64,000 nt of DNA. Origin: Macrostomum lignano (lineage: Eukaryota). Made by a program: the position numbers and the translations under genes. The first letter of the stretch is position 1; every line of letters starts with the position of its first letter. Of the stretch, positions 1 through 12,069 are shown piece by piece. The notes under the pieces were generated by a model. The model was given only the letters and a program-made list of their open reading frames with translations, did no database searches and was not told the DNA's origin. The stretch spans positions 124,001 through 188,000 of the forward strand of contig NIVC01000298.1 in assembly GCA_002269645.1 (NCBI GenBank), in the 5' to 3' direction.

Positions 1-1
1 T

Positions 2-304
2 TGCAATCTTTTGTAATTCTAGCTGGTGGGCTCTATCATTCCCAGCTTTAACAGCAGTTGCTACACCTCCAGCTACACCACCTGCGGCACTTACAGCGCC
101 TGCAATGATTGGGATAAGAGCTGCTAATGGTAGGATTCCTCCTGACTTTTCATCTGTGATGCTGTGTCTTTGCTCATTACACTGAACTATTTGCTGCACG
201 GGATCGATTTTTACTTTGGCACCTTTAATTGATATAAGACCTGGTTTCTTTGATTCAATAATTTTATTGAGTTTATTGATGGTTCTGGTTTCAATCTTTG
301 TCAT
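2..304 (-). CDS. Partial ORF (not in ORF track; open to the window edge) with an adenovirus pX/core-protein-like motif
   Basis: Manual translation from ATG at 304: MTKIETRTINKLNKIIESKKPGLISIKGAKVKIDPVQQIVQCNEQRHSITDEKSGGILPLAALIPIIAGAVSAAGGVAGGVATAVKAGNDRAHQLELQKIA. GGILPL..LIP.IA resembles the adenovirus pX C-terminal peptide (RGG|ILPLLIPLIAAAIG). Confidence 0.7.
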   Translation of the reverse strand, partial: MTKIETRTINKLNKIIESKKPGLISIKGAKVKIDPVQQIVQCNEQRHSITDEKSGGILPLAALIPIIAGAVSAAGGVAGGVATAVKAGNDRAHQLELQKIA

Positions 305-320
305 TTTTTATTTTAATATT

Positions 321-1359
321 TTAATTAATTTCTGTGTCAGCTGGTATCACTAGGAGTTCAGCTCTAGTGAATGACCGCGTGAGGGATTTAGGGTTAAACG
401 CCTGAGATAAAAAGTAATACTCTCCAGAGTCGGAGGTAAAATGTCTGTCTATTTTATGTACATCAAGGCTGAAGTATGGATCTGTAGCTCTTCTTTTGGT
501 GTATTTCTCTAGCTCTCCAGGTAGATATAAAAAGCGTAGAAACTCAGAGTTTGTGAGTATGTATGGCGATTCAACTCCTGGAAGCTTAGGGTAGTTCGAG
601 GTGTGTTTTGTGTTGTGTGTGTTGTGTGGGGTTGTCGTGTTATTGTCTGTTCTATGAGATGCCTTAAGTTCGACAGTGTCTTGTTTAATTGCATGGGACG
701 GTTTCAATCCAGTCATGCGTGTGACCTCATTGTTAAGTTGCTCAATAACAATGGGGAGTCTTTCTGTCCACTTGGTATAGTACTGCCCCGCACTCAGTTT
801 GAGTTCTTGCGCTGTCTGCTTAGTGAATAGTCTCTTGGCTAGAGTTAGATTGAATCTTTCCACAAAAGCCTGGTCTCTGTTGAGCTCAGTTCTTCCGTAG
901 CGAATCTTCGTATTTTTCTTTTCCATAAGGGATTTCACTGCACCCATGAATTCCTTACCCGGGTCGGTCATAAAGGTTTGGGGGTGTGTGAGCGGAGAGT
1001 TTTTATAAATATCTTGGAGGGCGGCTGCAACTGCTTCTGACTTCTTCGTCTTAAGCGGTCTCGCTTCCTTATATCTGGAGGCAATGTCTGTAATTGTGAG
1101 AGCATACTTGTAGCCTGAGTCATTGGGGAGAAACAGAAGATCTGCTTGGTGCGCCTCATTAGGTTTATAAATACTGAAATGGGGCCTTTCAAATTTTACT
1201 GGTGGGAAATAGACTTGAAAGACAGCCTGCTTAGAGAGCCATTTTTCTACTGTAGCTTTTGGTTCCTTACTCAGCTCCATGAGTTTACTAACAGCATTTT
1301 TGCCTACAAAGAATCCTTTGTCGCTGTAGTAGAGTTTTTTTAAGTTTCTGATCTGTCAT
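321..1359 (-). CDS. Polinton/Maverick retroviral-like (DDE) integrase; +1 frameshift in an A7 run near the N-terminus (track ORF 321-1280 is the intact part)
   Basis: Motifs HQADL, TITDIASRY, MTDPGKEF, FVERFNLTL, W..RLPIVIEQLNN and TGLKP. Upstream ATG at 1359 gives MTDQKLKK; removing one A from 1335-1341 continues LYYSDKGFFVGKNAVSKLMELSK in frame. Confidence 0.88.
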
Positions 1360-1389
1360 TTATTTAAAAAGAAAATTTAAAATAAAATA

Positions 1390-1839
1390 ATGCAGCGCTC
1401 TGGTGGTAAAATAGATTCACATGGACTGATAGAAAAGCTTCCTCGTCCAAACAAAGGCTGGACAGTTCCGGGGTACAAATATTGCGGGCCTTTGAATCCA
1501 CTTGAAATACAGCTGGATGGAAACAACAACCCAAATCCTGGACATGAGCCTGTGAACGAGCTAGACTCTGTCTGCATGTGGCACGATGTTAAATATAGAG
1601 ATTTTCCTGAGGAGAAGAATCGCTGGGACAAAGAAATGCTTAGGAGATTAGACAGTATGGGGATTTCAAGCGGATTTCGTGAGTCGATTGCTAGGAAATT
1701 AGTCAAGGCGGTTATTTTTGGTAAGACAAAATTGGGGTTGGGGGTTGGTTTGGGAGAAGGGGTGGGCTTTGTGTTGCACGCGCCAAATAAAAAATTAGGA
1801 AGACTGCTGAAAGAGCTGGGGGTTGGGAGAGCAGAATGA
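1390..1839 (+). CDS. Parvovirus VP1u-like phospholipase A2 domain protein, as found in adintoviruses/Polintons
   Basis: PGYKYCGPLN Ca-binding loop and PVNELDSVCMWHDVKY (HDxxY catalytic helix); C-terminal KLGLG motif. Confidence 0.88.
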   Translation: MQRSGGKIDSHGLIEKLPRPNKGWTVPGYKYCGPLNPLEIQLDGNNNPNPGHEPVNELDSVCMWHDVKYRDFPEEKNRWDKEMLRRLDSMGISSGFRESIARKLVKAVIFGKTKLGLGVGLGEGVGFVLHAPNKKLGRLLKELGVGRAE

Positions 1840-2750
1840 TTCAAGTGGCTCTAGCGGTTGAAAAGAAAGCTTGTAAAGGGCGGCTATATTTTCCTTATGA
1901 CATTTTGCCGCGTGGTGGGTGGGTGTTGAGCGGAACGGATATGGCAGCTGTTTCTTGTCAACCATTATACTATACTCAATGTGCCGCAGATACTGCAGTA
2001 TTCAATGTGAAAAGTATTCAATGTGAAAAGCAGCAGATACTGCAGTATTCAATGTGAAAAGTATTCAATGTGAAAAGCAGCGTGGCTAATACGTATTGCT
2101 CCACAAATGGGTAGCCCTGGACTCGGCAGTATAGAATCAGGCAGTGTGTGGAAGGGTTTTACAACTTGAGGCAAATGCCCGACTTCGGATTGGTCAGAAA
2201 AAACCAACGCGTTGGCTTTTTTCCCTATTGCAGAACACAAGAACTCACAGGTTATAGCTTATGGGCCATGGCTTTTTTATGCAAGTTTTTAGCGATTAAT
2301 TTGTTTTTTGGATCATTTGCCAACACGTCTATTTATAGTATAAACAAAAACATTAAACAAAATCTGTGGGTTTAAAAAAAAGATTTATCGATATTGAATT
2401 TTAATAAGTGAGAAGCTTGGTTCAATATTTTATTTCATGTTAATAAATAAAAACATTAATACAAAGTTGTTCAAAGTTACATATAATTAGTTAATTATAT
2501 AGCTTGCTTAGTTAACTCATCCAATTATTGTTACATTGAAAACTACTGAGTAGGCTTAGCTGCGAAAAAATTCTAAACACTTTCCTGGATCTCCAGGATT
2601 TTTTCCAGGATTTTTTTTCCTGGATTTTATCAATGTAAACTACTCATAGTAGTCTTCTAAACACTTTCATGGATCTACAGCATTTTTTAAACTCGTGCCA
2701 ATTCCTGACAATACAGGAATTCCTGACAATACAGGAAAGTCTTTTACTCT

Positions 2751-3566
2751 TCAGAAATGAAGATTTCGAAACGGCAAGTCATTGTTAAGAAGCTCATCCT
2801 CATCCTCTTCCATTTTCGTCACGTCAGATTGTCCTGAAGCACTTGCAACAGGTGATCGTCTTGGAGAAGTTGAAGCGTCTTGCACACCAGAGCCTCCACT
2901 AAATGTTGGAAGTGGATCTTCTTCAAGCAGGCTTGCAAAGTTGGCGTTCTCATCACAACGGCGCTCAATAGCCGACTTGAATTTCAAGATGGTATCCATG
3001 GAGTATGATGAGCAGAGTAGACCACGATATCGTGATGCGAACTTTGCAAAGTTGGCTAGACATTCGGTGTACTTGACGGCTATCTTGAGTTTGATGGCGA
3101 TGGCGGCTAGAGTAAGACCTCTCTTCTGTTGTAGATAGATGATCAGACGTCCTTGGGCAAAGTTGGCTAGACATTTGATGATATCCAAATCCTCAACTAG
3201 TTGAACTAAATCCTTAAACCGGGTCTGAATCTCAGAATCTTCCAAATCCTCGCTGTCATCAATCGGCCGAAGAAGATTCTCAAGTCCATCGAATCGTGTT
3301 TTAACAACATCATTGCGAAGATTCTCTTCTATTTTCGCTTGCAGCCGTTGAAGGAATCGGCGAACTTCCTCATTCTTGTCGAATTTTTTCTCTTCCTTCT
3401 TAGCTTTCTTCGTCTTTTCACTAACAGCTTGTTTCAGTTTCTCAAAAGATTTCAAAAGAGCTCGGCGTTCCTCATCAGATAGTTTAGTAAGTTCTATCGT
3501 TAAAGATCTTTGGTCTCGTTTTGATACTTCACTAAATAAGTTAGCAATTTCAATAGCGCTATCCAT
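2751..3566 (-). CDS. Hypothetical 271-aa protein with a charged/coiled-coil N-terminus, probably a Polinton accessory gene
   Basis: Long uninterrupted ORF with protein-like composition, AAAATG context and a short internal repeat CLANFA; no family recognised. Confidence 0.6.
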   Translation of the reverse strand: MDSAIEIANLFSEVSKRDQRSLTIELTKLSDEERRALLKSFEKLKQAVSEKTKKAKKEEKKFDKNEEVRRFLQRLQAKIEENLRNDVVKTRFDGLENLLRPIDDSEDLEDSEIQTRFKDLVQLVEDLDIIKCLANFAQGRLIIYLQQKRGLTLAAIAIKLKIAVKYTECLANFAKFASRYRGLLCSSYSMDTILKFKSAIERRCDENANFASLLEEDPLPTFSGGSGVQDASTSPRRSPVASASGQSDVTKMEEDEDELLNNDLPFRNLHF

Positions 3567-3942
3567 TTTGTAGTATAATCCTATGAGGCGAGGTTAGGGG
3601 CGGTGCAAGTCAAAAATAAGAAGTTGCTGGCGCGGCGAGGTTAGGCAAAGCAGGGCGAGGCGGAGCAGGTGGGGCGAGGGGCGGTGTGAATCGGCTGTAT
3701 ATATACCATTGGTGTGGGCTCGGGAATCCACGGATTCTCTTTTTGTTCTAGAATATTCTAGAATTCGAATTCTAGAAGGGGAACCTGCATATTTTCTATT
3801 TATAGGTATGATTTTCTATTAATGGTTGATTGGGGTTGCCAAAGCGGAAAGAGATTGGAAAGCATGTGTAAAACGCATGGCATGGGTTTTATTTTTAGAA
3901 TTTACGTCTACACTCTACAAGGTACAACCTCGTAGTTGGCAA

Positions 3943-4182
3943 CTACAATTGCTTAATGATTTCTGCAAATTTATAGTAGCTGTCGTAATCTTTTACGTAG
4001 GTTACTCCATACTTATGAAACCAGTGTCTTTGGAGAGCTAGATTAATATTAGGGACATTGATATCAATGCCGGGCCAATATTTTCTCATGTACTCGCTGC
4101 ATTCAAGTTTGCATCGGTACTTACTCTTGTAATTAGGCTCGTGCGCTTTGTAATAAGAACCTGGAGAGACAGCTGGAAACAT
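3943..4182 (-). CDS. Hypothetical 79-aa Tyr/Lys-rich protein within the Polinton end
   Basis: AAAAAAATG start context like the neighbouring element genes; no recognisable domain. Confidence 0.35.
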   Translation of the reverse strand: MFPAVSPGSYYKAHEPNYKSKYRCKLECSEYMRKYWPGIDINVPNINLALQRHWFHKYGVTYVKDYDSYYKFAEIIKQL

Positions 4183-4391
4183 TTTTTTAATGATAATTTA
4201 TTTTCTTTCAAAGGGTAAGGACCCTGCGCTGATAATTTAAAGTCTTTCGGATCTGGTTTCGCGTTGCAAATTGAAAGTGGGGAGAATAATGCAGATTATT
4301 TTCCGATTGTTTCGAAGATGCTATGGGTGGATGTCAGTGGATTATGTCAGTCTCAGTGAGCATAGCAGGTGTTAGTGGACACCTGTTATGC

Positions 4392-4605
4392 TCTGATTCT
4401 GTCAGGGATAATATGGATGGATTTAATGGGATTATGTTCGAAGTTTTCGGAGCAAGTGCGGCCCCTCTTTTTTTCTGATTCTGTCAGGGATAATATGGAT
4501 GGATTTAATGGGATTATGGAGGACGTTTTGTGAGCGAGTGCGACCCCCCTTTTTTCTGATCCTGTCAGGAATAATATGGATGGATTTAATGGGATTATGG
4601 AGGAA
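4392..4605. repeat. ~81-bp tandem repeat, 3 copies with the last partial (probable Polinton subterminal repeat)
   Basis: ctgattctgtcagggataatatggatggatttaatgggattatg recurs at about 4393, 4475 and 4556. Confidence 0.8.
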
Positions 4606-5505
4606 GTGAAAAAATTTGTCCCAGAAGCCCCCTCATGCCTTCTACTTTAACGTTTTAGTAGTAAGAGGCGCTTCATAATATTAGCTTATAGATATTTTGT
4701 TAAGATTTGTTTCGTACTATATTTAAACATTTTCGTCGAAAGATTGATATATTAAAGAAAAGAAATCAAACTAATTATATTGTTTCCTTCCTGTGCAGAT
4801 CATTTTGATTTGTCCCAGAGTATTCAGATACATAAACCATAAACCTAATAGAGAATCCTCATGAAATGCCAACCACGAGAAAAGCAGATCAGATGTTCAC
4901 AGGACGCTGACGTGACGGTCCTTTGGATTGGAAAACATAATTCAAAAGACCGCAACTCTGTATTTGTAAATAAACAAAATTAAATGAAGCAAAACTTAAC
5001 CGTTTCAAAAAATTATAAAATTTTAGGTTTAAAATCCCTTAAGATTTGCAAGGTAATTTTGTGTTTGTAAACAGAATGGCTATCACTAAAAGGGTATTTT
5101 TCTTGTCACTGAAATGACTCGCTTGTTGTAAGACTTGCACTTTGTCGAGACGTCAATCAAACGCGATTCAAACGCAATTCTGACTTTATACTTCGAGGTG
5201 CCAAGTCACTACCCCGCTTACAGTACCAACATCGGTCTGATGCTCGAGAGCTCTTTTTAAATTGGGGCGCACTTTCGGAAATTACAACAAAATACATTAT
5301 CGGTAATATACAATAACAATCCTAACTCCCAACTAAACAAAAATACATCCATACGAAATTCAATGATGAGATTTGCTACATTGTCACCAAAAATACTGTT
5401 CCACCGAAACGTCTTGTCACCGAAACGACTGTAATCCGTGTTGACGAGTTTACCTCGGTTTGCACAAAAGTTGGGAGCTCATTTTAGTCTATATATAGGC
5501 CACAC

Positions 5506-6681
5506 GGGAGTACAGATCTGCTAGCAGAAATCTGCTAGCCGAAGTTTGCTAGCGAGAAATTTGCTTGCCGAAATCTGCTAGCCGAAATCTGCTAGACGAA
5601 ATCTGCTAGCCGAAGTTTGCTAGCCGAAATCTGCTTGCAGGAATTTTGCTAGCAAGGATTTTGCTAGCTGCCTTGCTCTCGTAGCTGTTGTATGTTATTT
5701 GCTATCTTTTGATTCCGATTTGAGCTGCTTTGATTCGAACGAGTAAATATATAACTTATATACCATATACTGCCATTACCAGCCATTAAGACTGAAAGTT
5801 TATAGATAAGTTTAAATTTAACTACCTGAACTACAGCTGCCTGAGCTACCTGAAATACGGCCTTACAGCTGATAATGCAAAAACATTATCAAATGTCTAC
5901 GAGTAAAATAGGATAAAAAGTCTGACTTGTTTCCAGGCAATGGTATTGCATGGTTTTGGCTAAAAATAGTCAAGAGAAGTGGTTAAAAATCCCAAATCTT
6001 ATTATAACTAAAAACCATATCTGAAAAATAATTGCTGTAAAAAGCCAAAATGTCTACATTTTATGATTGCATTGTTGGGCACACTTATAATTTTATTTTA
6101 GCCCTCGGTCGGCCTTTCTAAACACTTAAAAAAAGAAAATCGGTAATTTATCTTGACCAAAGTAGCCACATTTTAAAAGGTGTTAAGAAAAATAGAATTA
6201 ACAAGCACATTTTGTATATAATTTACATTTAGATTCTTGTCATACGAGTGCTAGCTACAAAGAAGTTTCTGATTTAGTAATTTTTAACTGCATTATATTA
6301 CAATACAACAATGCAGGCGGCAATTATTATTATATATTGCAATTTGCAGACCTGCTAATAATAAGCACGATAAAGAGAGTCATTAGAGCGAAAAACGCAA
6401 ATTTATTTGTCCTGCATGATAAGTCCTGCAAAGTTTCTTGCGAAATTGGACAAGAAAAAATGTCTCTAGCAAATTACAACTTCATAAATTGCTGTTCGCC
6501 GGTTTTGGTTAGATTATCGCTAGCAGATTTCGGCTAGCACATTTCGGCTAGCAAACTTCGGCTAGCAGATTTCGGCTAGCACATTTTGGCTAGCAAACTT
6601 CGGCTAGCAGATTTCGGCAAGCAAATTTCTCGCTAGCAAACTTCGGCTAGCAGATTTCCTGCTAGCAAATTTCATAGACCC
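5506..6681. mobile_element. Non-autonomous Mutator-like (MULE) TIR element with 14-bp subterminal repeats
   Basis: Inverted arrays of ctgctagccgaaat-like units at 5518-5670 and 6529-6670; GGG...CCC ends; perfect 9-bp TSD aggccacac at 5497-5505 and 6682-6690. Confidence 0.85.
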
Positions 6682-7115
6682 AGGCCACACTCCGGATCAT
6701 GTAATATATGCCCAAAAATTCGGGCGTGCATTGGCCTTGCATGCCAAAATTAGGTGTGCACAGTTGGCGTGCATCACTCCTGAAAAAATACTAAATAGTA
6801 TGCGTGCACACCTCGTGTGCACTTAATAGAATCATGTGGATGTGTAAAAGTTATTTTAAAGTAGGCCTAGGAAAGAATGAAAAAAGGTATTTTTTTGAAA
6901 AAAAGAAAATGAAAAAAAGATAGCTTTCCACCTTTCCAGTTTTTAGCTTGTATAAATTCATTGTCATTTATTGTCACAAGTAAAAAAGGTCATTTATTGT
7001 CACAACACTGGCAAATTTTTGGAAATGGGCATGCACTAAATTTTTTTGATGTGCATCTGTAATTATTCCATTTTTGTTTGGGCATGCACCCAGCATGATC
7101 TGGACTATGGTCTAT
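6682..7115. mobile_element. Older TIR MITE whose left terminus was split by the MULE insertion
   Basis: Reconstructed left end tataggccacactccggatcatg matches the reverse complement of the right end (tatagaccatagtccagatcatg). Confidence 0.45.
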
Positions 7116-8349
7116 AGGCAATAGGCACAGCTAGTTTTTCATGCAATTAATGCATTAAAACTATTTTTAGGCCCAAGCTTAGCTGTTAAAAAGACTAAGG
7201 GCAAGGCCACTGGCCACAGTTCTATTATTTTTGCTTGAAAAAAGTTTAGAAGATTATTTAAAACTAGGTTTTATAGTCTTTTAGTATGTTTTTTTATTTA
7301 GGTAATAAAAATGATGATATAGAGCAAAATGGCTTATATTTAAGCATGTAAGATATTCAAAAATCACAAGGAAAAGATTTAAACTTGGCATAGTATATAT
7401 GGTAACAGGCCATTTTGGTAACAGCCACTTTGGTAACAAGTGAAAATAATATAATATGCATTAATTGCTATGCTCCGAAAAGATATGCAAACAAACTTTA
7501 AAGAAAATATGACAAAACATATGCGTACCTACATGATGCGTTTAACTTGTTTTAAAGTGTTTTAACCAATCTATTTTAATTTCCAGATGAGTCAAATTAC
7601 ATGCACCCGAGACATCCTGACCAAATTTTGTGACCGTGTACATTGGAATCTCTGATCTAGTTAGCAAATAATGACTTAAAATTACAGAATCTATTTTTTT
7701 CCTCATTAATTATTTAAATTTTTTTCAATTTTAATGAATGTCATGGGAGCTATTTAGCTCACTTTGCTTATTTTTCTTTACCTTTCAATGTTTTACTAAG
7801 TTACTGCGCAAGTTTAAACAAAGTATAATATATTTAGGCCTAACTAGAAAGTTTAACAATATGTGCAATAAGACATTTGAAATGTTAAATATTAAACTAA
7901 TTATTGCCAAACCTAATTATCAAAAAAATATAGTGTTGACAGTCATAAATCTGCTTTGTTACCAATGTGGAAGTTACCAAAGTATTCATTTTTTGGTACA
8001 AAAGTAGCTGTTACTGAAGTGGATTCTATTCATATATATAATATATTATTGAATAGAATTGAACATAGCTTATTTGAAGAATAACTATAACTCATATAAA
8101 GACCTATATAAAAAGAACTTGGATACTAATTGCAAATTATATAGGGGGCCTATATTTCAATATATAAGATAAGCATGAGAGGAAAAAATTTTAAAACCTA
8201 AAATGGTATATGGTAATATGGTATCTTGTAACACAACACAGTGACAATATCTAATTAGGACCAATAGGCCTACTCTAATATTGGTTGAAATCCCAGCAAG
8301 CCTTGAATCAAAACTGGCATATGCATAATAAATGCGCAAATAGAGAAAT

Positions 8350-9342
8350 GGTCTATGAAATTTGCTTGCAAGAAGTTTGCTTGCAGGAACTTTGCTTGCC
8401 AAAGTTTGCTTGCAAAAAAAATTGTTTGCTGAGGTTTGCCAGCAAAAGTTTTCTTGTGGAACCCTAATAAAGAACCTATTTTTAAGCTCTTGTATTTCTA
8501 ATTTTATTTTCTAAGTTTCTTGGAAATTGCCTACAGTGGTATGATTTTGTATGAGGATATATCAGATTTGAAAAGCCCTAATGCAGAAATGGTATAATTT
8601 AGTATCAAGCAGCAATAGCTTAGAACCCAACTTCTATATTATCACTTGTAAATGTTGCAAGGCTTCCTAAAGCCATAGGTGTTGCACTTCTAAGAGTTAT
8701 CCCTAAAGAGGATGATTCAAAAATTCCTCACACCACTTAAAGAATACCTAGGCCTATGCAGCCACAAAATCAGCATGAGCTTATAATTCTACTTAAGTTT
8801 TAGGTGCATGGAGATCAGCAATTTTTACTACACAATATAGGCCTTGCTGAAAATAGAATTTTAGCTTTTAGCATGCAGGCCAATCAATAGCAGGCTTTGC
8901 AAGATGCTTTGCACTTTTTCTTAGACAGTATATTTGATGTTGCACCAGCTTTGTTTGCCTAGTTAGTGACCATTCACATTGAGCAACATGACTTTATATT
9001 TATATGGCCACTTTTGTATACACTTCTACCTAATAAGCCATAGAATACTTATTGCCACTTCTTAACAATCCACTTGCAAAGCATTTATAATAAATAATAA
9101 TTGACTGACCAACTTCATAAGCAATCAAAATAAGCAAGCAAACAAGAAAATAATTTGGCAAGTTAAAATCCTAAAATTCAGCATGCAAACTTCAGCAAGC
9201 AAAAGTTCAGACAGCATAGTTTAGTAAGCAAAATTCTGCAAGCAAACTTTGGCAAGAAAAGTTCATCAAGCAAAATTCCACAAGCAAAGCTTGACAAGAA
9301 AAGTTTGGCAAGCAAATTTCCTACAAGCAAGCATTGTACCCC
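8350..9342. mobile_element. Decayed copy of the same MULE-like MITE family
   Basis: Starts ggtctatgaaatttgcttgc (reverse complement of the 6661-6680 end) and ends gtacccc; degenerate gcaagcaaa arrays; imperfect 9-bp TSD tagagaaat/aagagaagt. Confidence 0.65.
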
Positions 9343-10614
9343 CAAGAGAAGTTTAGGCAATAAAAACTCGAACAAAAAGTTCTTTATCTACATTTATCAA
9401 AAATAGACTTCTTTGTCAAAGATAGTGGCAACCAACATATGCTAAGTCACAATTTCTGTATCCTTGATAAACACTTGGAACATTTCCCATATAGGTAAGA
9501 CATCTGGCTGTCAAGATGTAGGCTCTATCTAGTTTATTTGTATCCATATTCCTAGTGCCAGATGACACTTTTGGTCTTTCATATCAACAATATTTCGACA
9601 TTGGAATATTGCTTAGCCAGTTCTTTTGGTAGATGCCTATATGTTTACTTTCTAGAATTCAGATTTTTATTGTAATTGTTATTTTTATTAATTAGTTTAT
9701 ATTAAATTTATTGTCATATATGATCACTTAGAATTAACATCTTTCTTCTTATGCATTTCAAGGAAAAGCAAATATCTTTGTTTGGTTTTTTCTAGGTTAT
9801 AGTTTGATCTACAATTAAAAAAGATATACTTTCTTGGCATTTTCATATTCTTACAAGAGTTGAAGGCTTATTACTTGCCCCAATACTTCTTAAGACGTGA
9901 TAGTTGCAATTGGAATAGCCATAGAAAACGAAGAAATTTTTTTAATGCAAATAACAAATTTAACAAATCAATGTTTGCATATGCCAGACTGCATAGTGCA
10001 AAATTATTAGAAATCTAAAGATAAAAGATAAACTTTTTTTAGGTTAAATATTACTATTTATATAGTAGTACTAGCCTACTAGGAACTTATTTGATTAATA
10101 AATAATACTAAATATGAAACATTGTTAGTTAAAGTTGTTTTTATAAGTAGCTATATTGCTATTCATAATCTCTATCATATATTTCTAGTAATTATTTAGT
10201 ACTATGCTATGAAATAAATTGATTGCTTCTATAATAAGGGTTTTGCTTCTGTCTTTACTTTAATCCCACTAAATGCTACCAAGTTGTAACAGGCCTATTT
10301 CCCCTATCTTTAGTATTTCTCATGAAGTCAGTTGTCACCATAGATCTTGTATTCCCTAGATAGGCCACTCTCAATGCATTCAATTGGAAAAGACTGACTA
10401 TGCAAATTGCAAGTAAAATTTAATTAAGCTGACAGCATTTCAGACAAATTTGAGGTCAATAGCTTAAAGATATATAGATATATTTTTGCCTAAATATTCA
10501 CAACAGACACAAAGTTCACTAGTCCTTGCTTCTTTGTGCTTCACTATCAAACAAATTGGTAAAATATCACTGAATTTGATGAGCTGCAGTTGTGTCCGGG
10601 GCTGCAGCACATAC

Positions 10615-10786
10615 ATGTGCAACCTTGGGAATCACCTGGCCATTTGTAATGGCAACACACACATGTGAGTCACTATTGGCTAAGAGCAGTCACGTGACTA
10701 CTATTCCGCCCAATAGCAATTTACATGCATGTGTTGCCAACAGAAAAGAAATGGCCAGGTGAATCCTTAGGTTGTGCCCAAGCATG
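10615..10786. mobile_element. ~170-bp palindromic MITE-like element, copy 1 (more decayed)
   Basis: Homologous to 11898-12069, with inverted arms around a central gtcacgtgac. Confidence 0.7.
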
Positions 10787-11897
10787 CTGCAGCACATATA
10801 CATGTAAATTGTCATTATAAAAAAGTGATGGAATCCAACATCTAGTTGCACAACTTGCTAAAACTTTTTGATGTTTATTGTTTCTTGTATTTCATTTACA
10901 TGTTTAACTGTTTTTTTAATAACGATTTTTCATTTGCTGCTTCAAGTGAATACACATAATTTGCAAGATAGTAGCTAAATATGCCTTTAAAAAAACTTGA
11001 TATGCGCACAAGCTACTGACCTGATACTGTGATTGCTAAATTTTTCAAGAAATACAAAGGCTTTATGGGTATGCTTGTAGTTACTGAGTGGCATATCTAG
11101 GTAATATGGTTGTCACCAAAGCTGTACTATAGTTTTCAATATATCAACTTGTCTTATAGAATTAATTTGTAATATTTTGTTTTCGTACATTTCTGGTAGT
11201 GTTCTATATATAGTCTGGTAGTGTCTTATTATAGTAGGGTCTAATTATATGAACTAAGCAGTCTTTACTGCTATATGTACTTTTCCAATCTAGGCATTAT
11301 TGGGATCAGAGGGGTCATGGCACAACTCTAGTATCTCTCTAAATCATTCCCCAATCCCTTCTCTTAGTAAGTTTCTCCAAACTGTCCTCAAATACTCTTA
11401 AAATGAATAACTCACAAAGCTCTAACATTGTTTATAGTTTAAAAACTGCTTGAGACTAATTGAATTGCTTGTGAGATAATTGATTTTATTTGTAGCAAAA
11501 CAGCTCAATTATAGTAATTTATCCTCTATACAATCAAAACAAAGACTAAACATTTAAACAAAACATTCAGTGCATTTAAACAAAATAGTATCCAATATTT
11601 TGTGTGAATTTAGTTTCTAAGAAATTGTACAATATTTGAGCATTATTACTACTTTGCTATTGTTTGTTAACCATTTCTTTTTAAACCAAGATCAAGCCAA
11701 ACTAATTTATATTAGCTATATACAAACCTTTGATTAGTTTGACATTGAAATCATTCATTTTTTATTATTATAACAAAATATAACAAAATAAAAAATAAGA
11801 GATTATAACAAAAAATAAATTTTGGTCAAATGGGTTTTATAACTTAAGTCAAAGTACTATTCACTATATTTATGAATAAATAATCATTAATAAATAC

Positions 11898-12069
11898 CAT
11901 ACATGCGCAACCTTGGGAATCACTCGGCCGTTTCTATTGGCAACACACACATGTAAGTCGCTATTGGCTGAGAGCTGTCACGTGACTACTATTCCGTCCA
12001 ATAGCGACTTACATGTGTGTGTTGCCTATAGAAACGGCCGGGTGAATCCCTAGGTTGCGCCCAAACATG
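11898..12069. mobile_element. ~170-bp palindromic MITE-like element, copy 2
   Basis: ~60-bp near-perfect inverted arms (caaccttgggaatcactcggccgtttctattggcaacacacacatgtaagtcgctattgg and its complement) around gtcacgtgac. Confidence 0.75.

Larger units (their letters stand above)
1..4646. mobile_element. Terminal part of an endogenous Polinton/Maverick (adintovirus-like) element; runs off the left edge, right end approximate
   Basis: Compact intron-less ORFs with A-rich ATG contexts: Polinton-type integrase, PLA2 protein and pX-like ORF. Subterminal ~81-bp repeats at 4392-4605. A possible terminus ...TCTACT at 4641-4646 (AGTAGA on the reverse strand) resembles Polinton AG-starting ends; this end call is weak. 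Confidence 0.8.

Noticed and set aside
1836-2375. ORFs downstream of PLA2 as a Polinton minor capsid gene
   Set aside because: Interrupted by a local tandem duplication and stops; no motif recognisable, although a decayed gene cannot be excluded.
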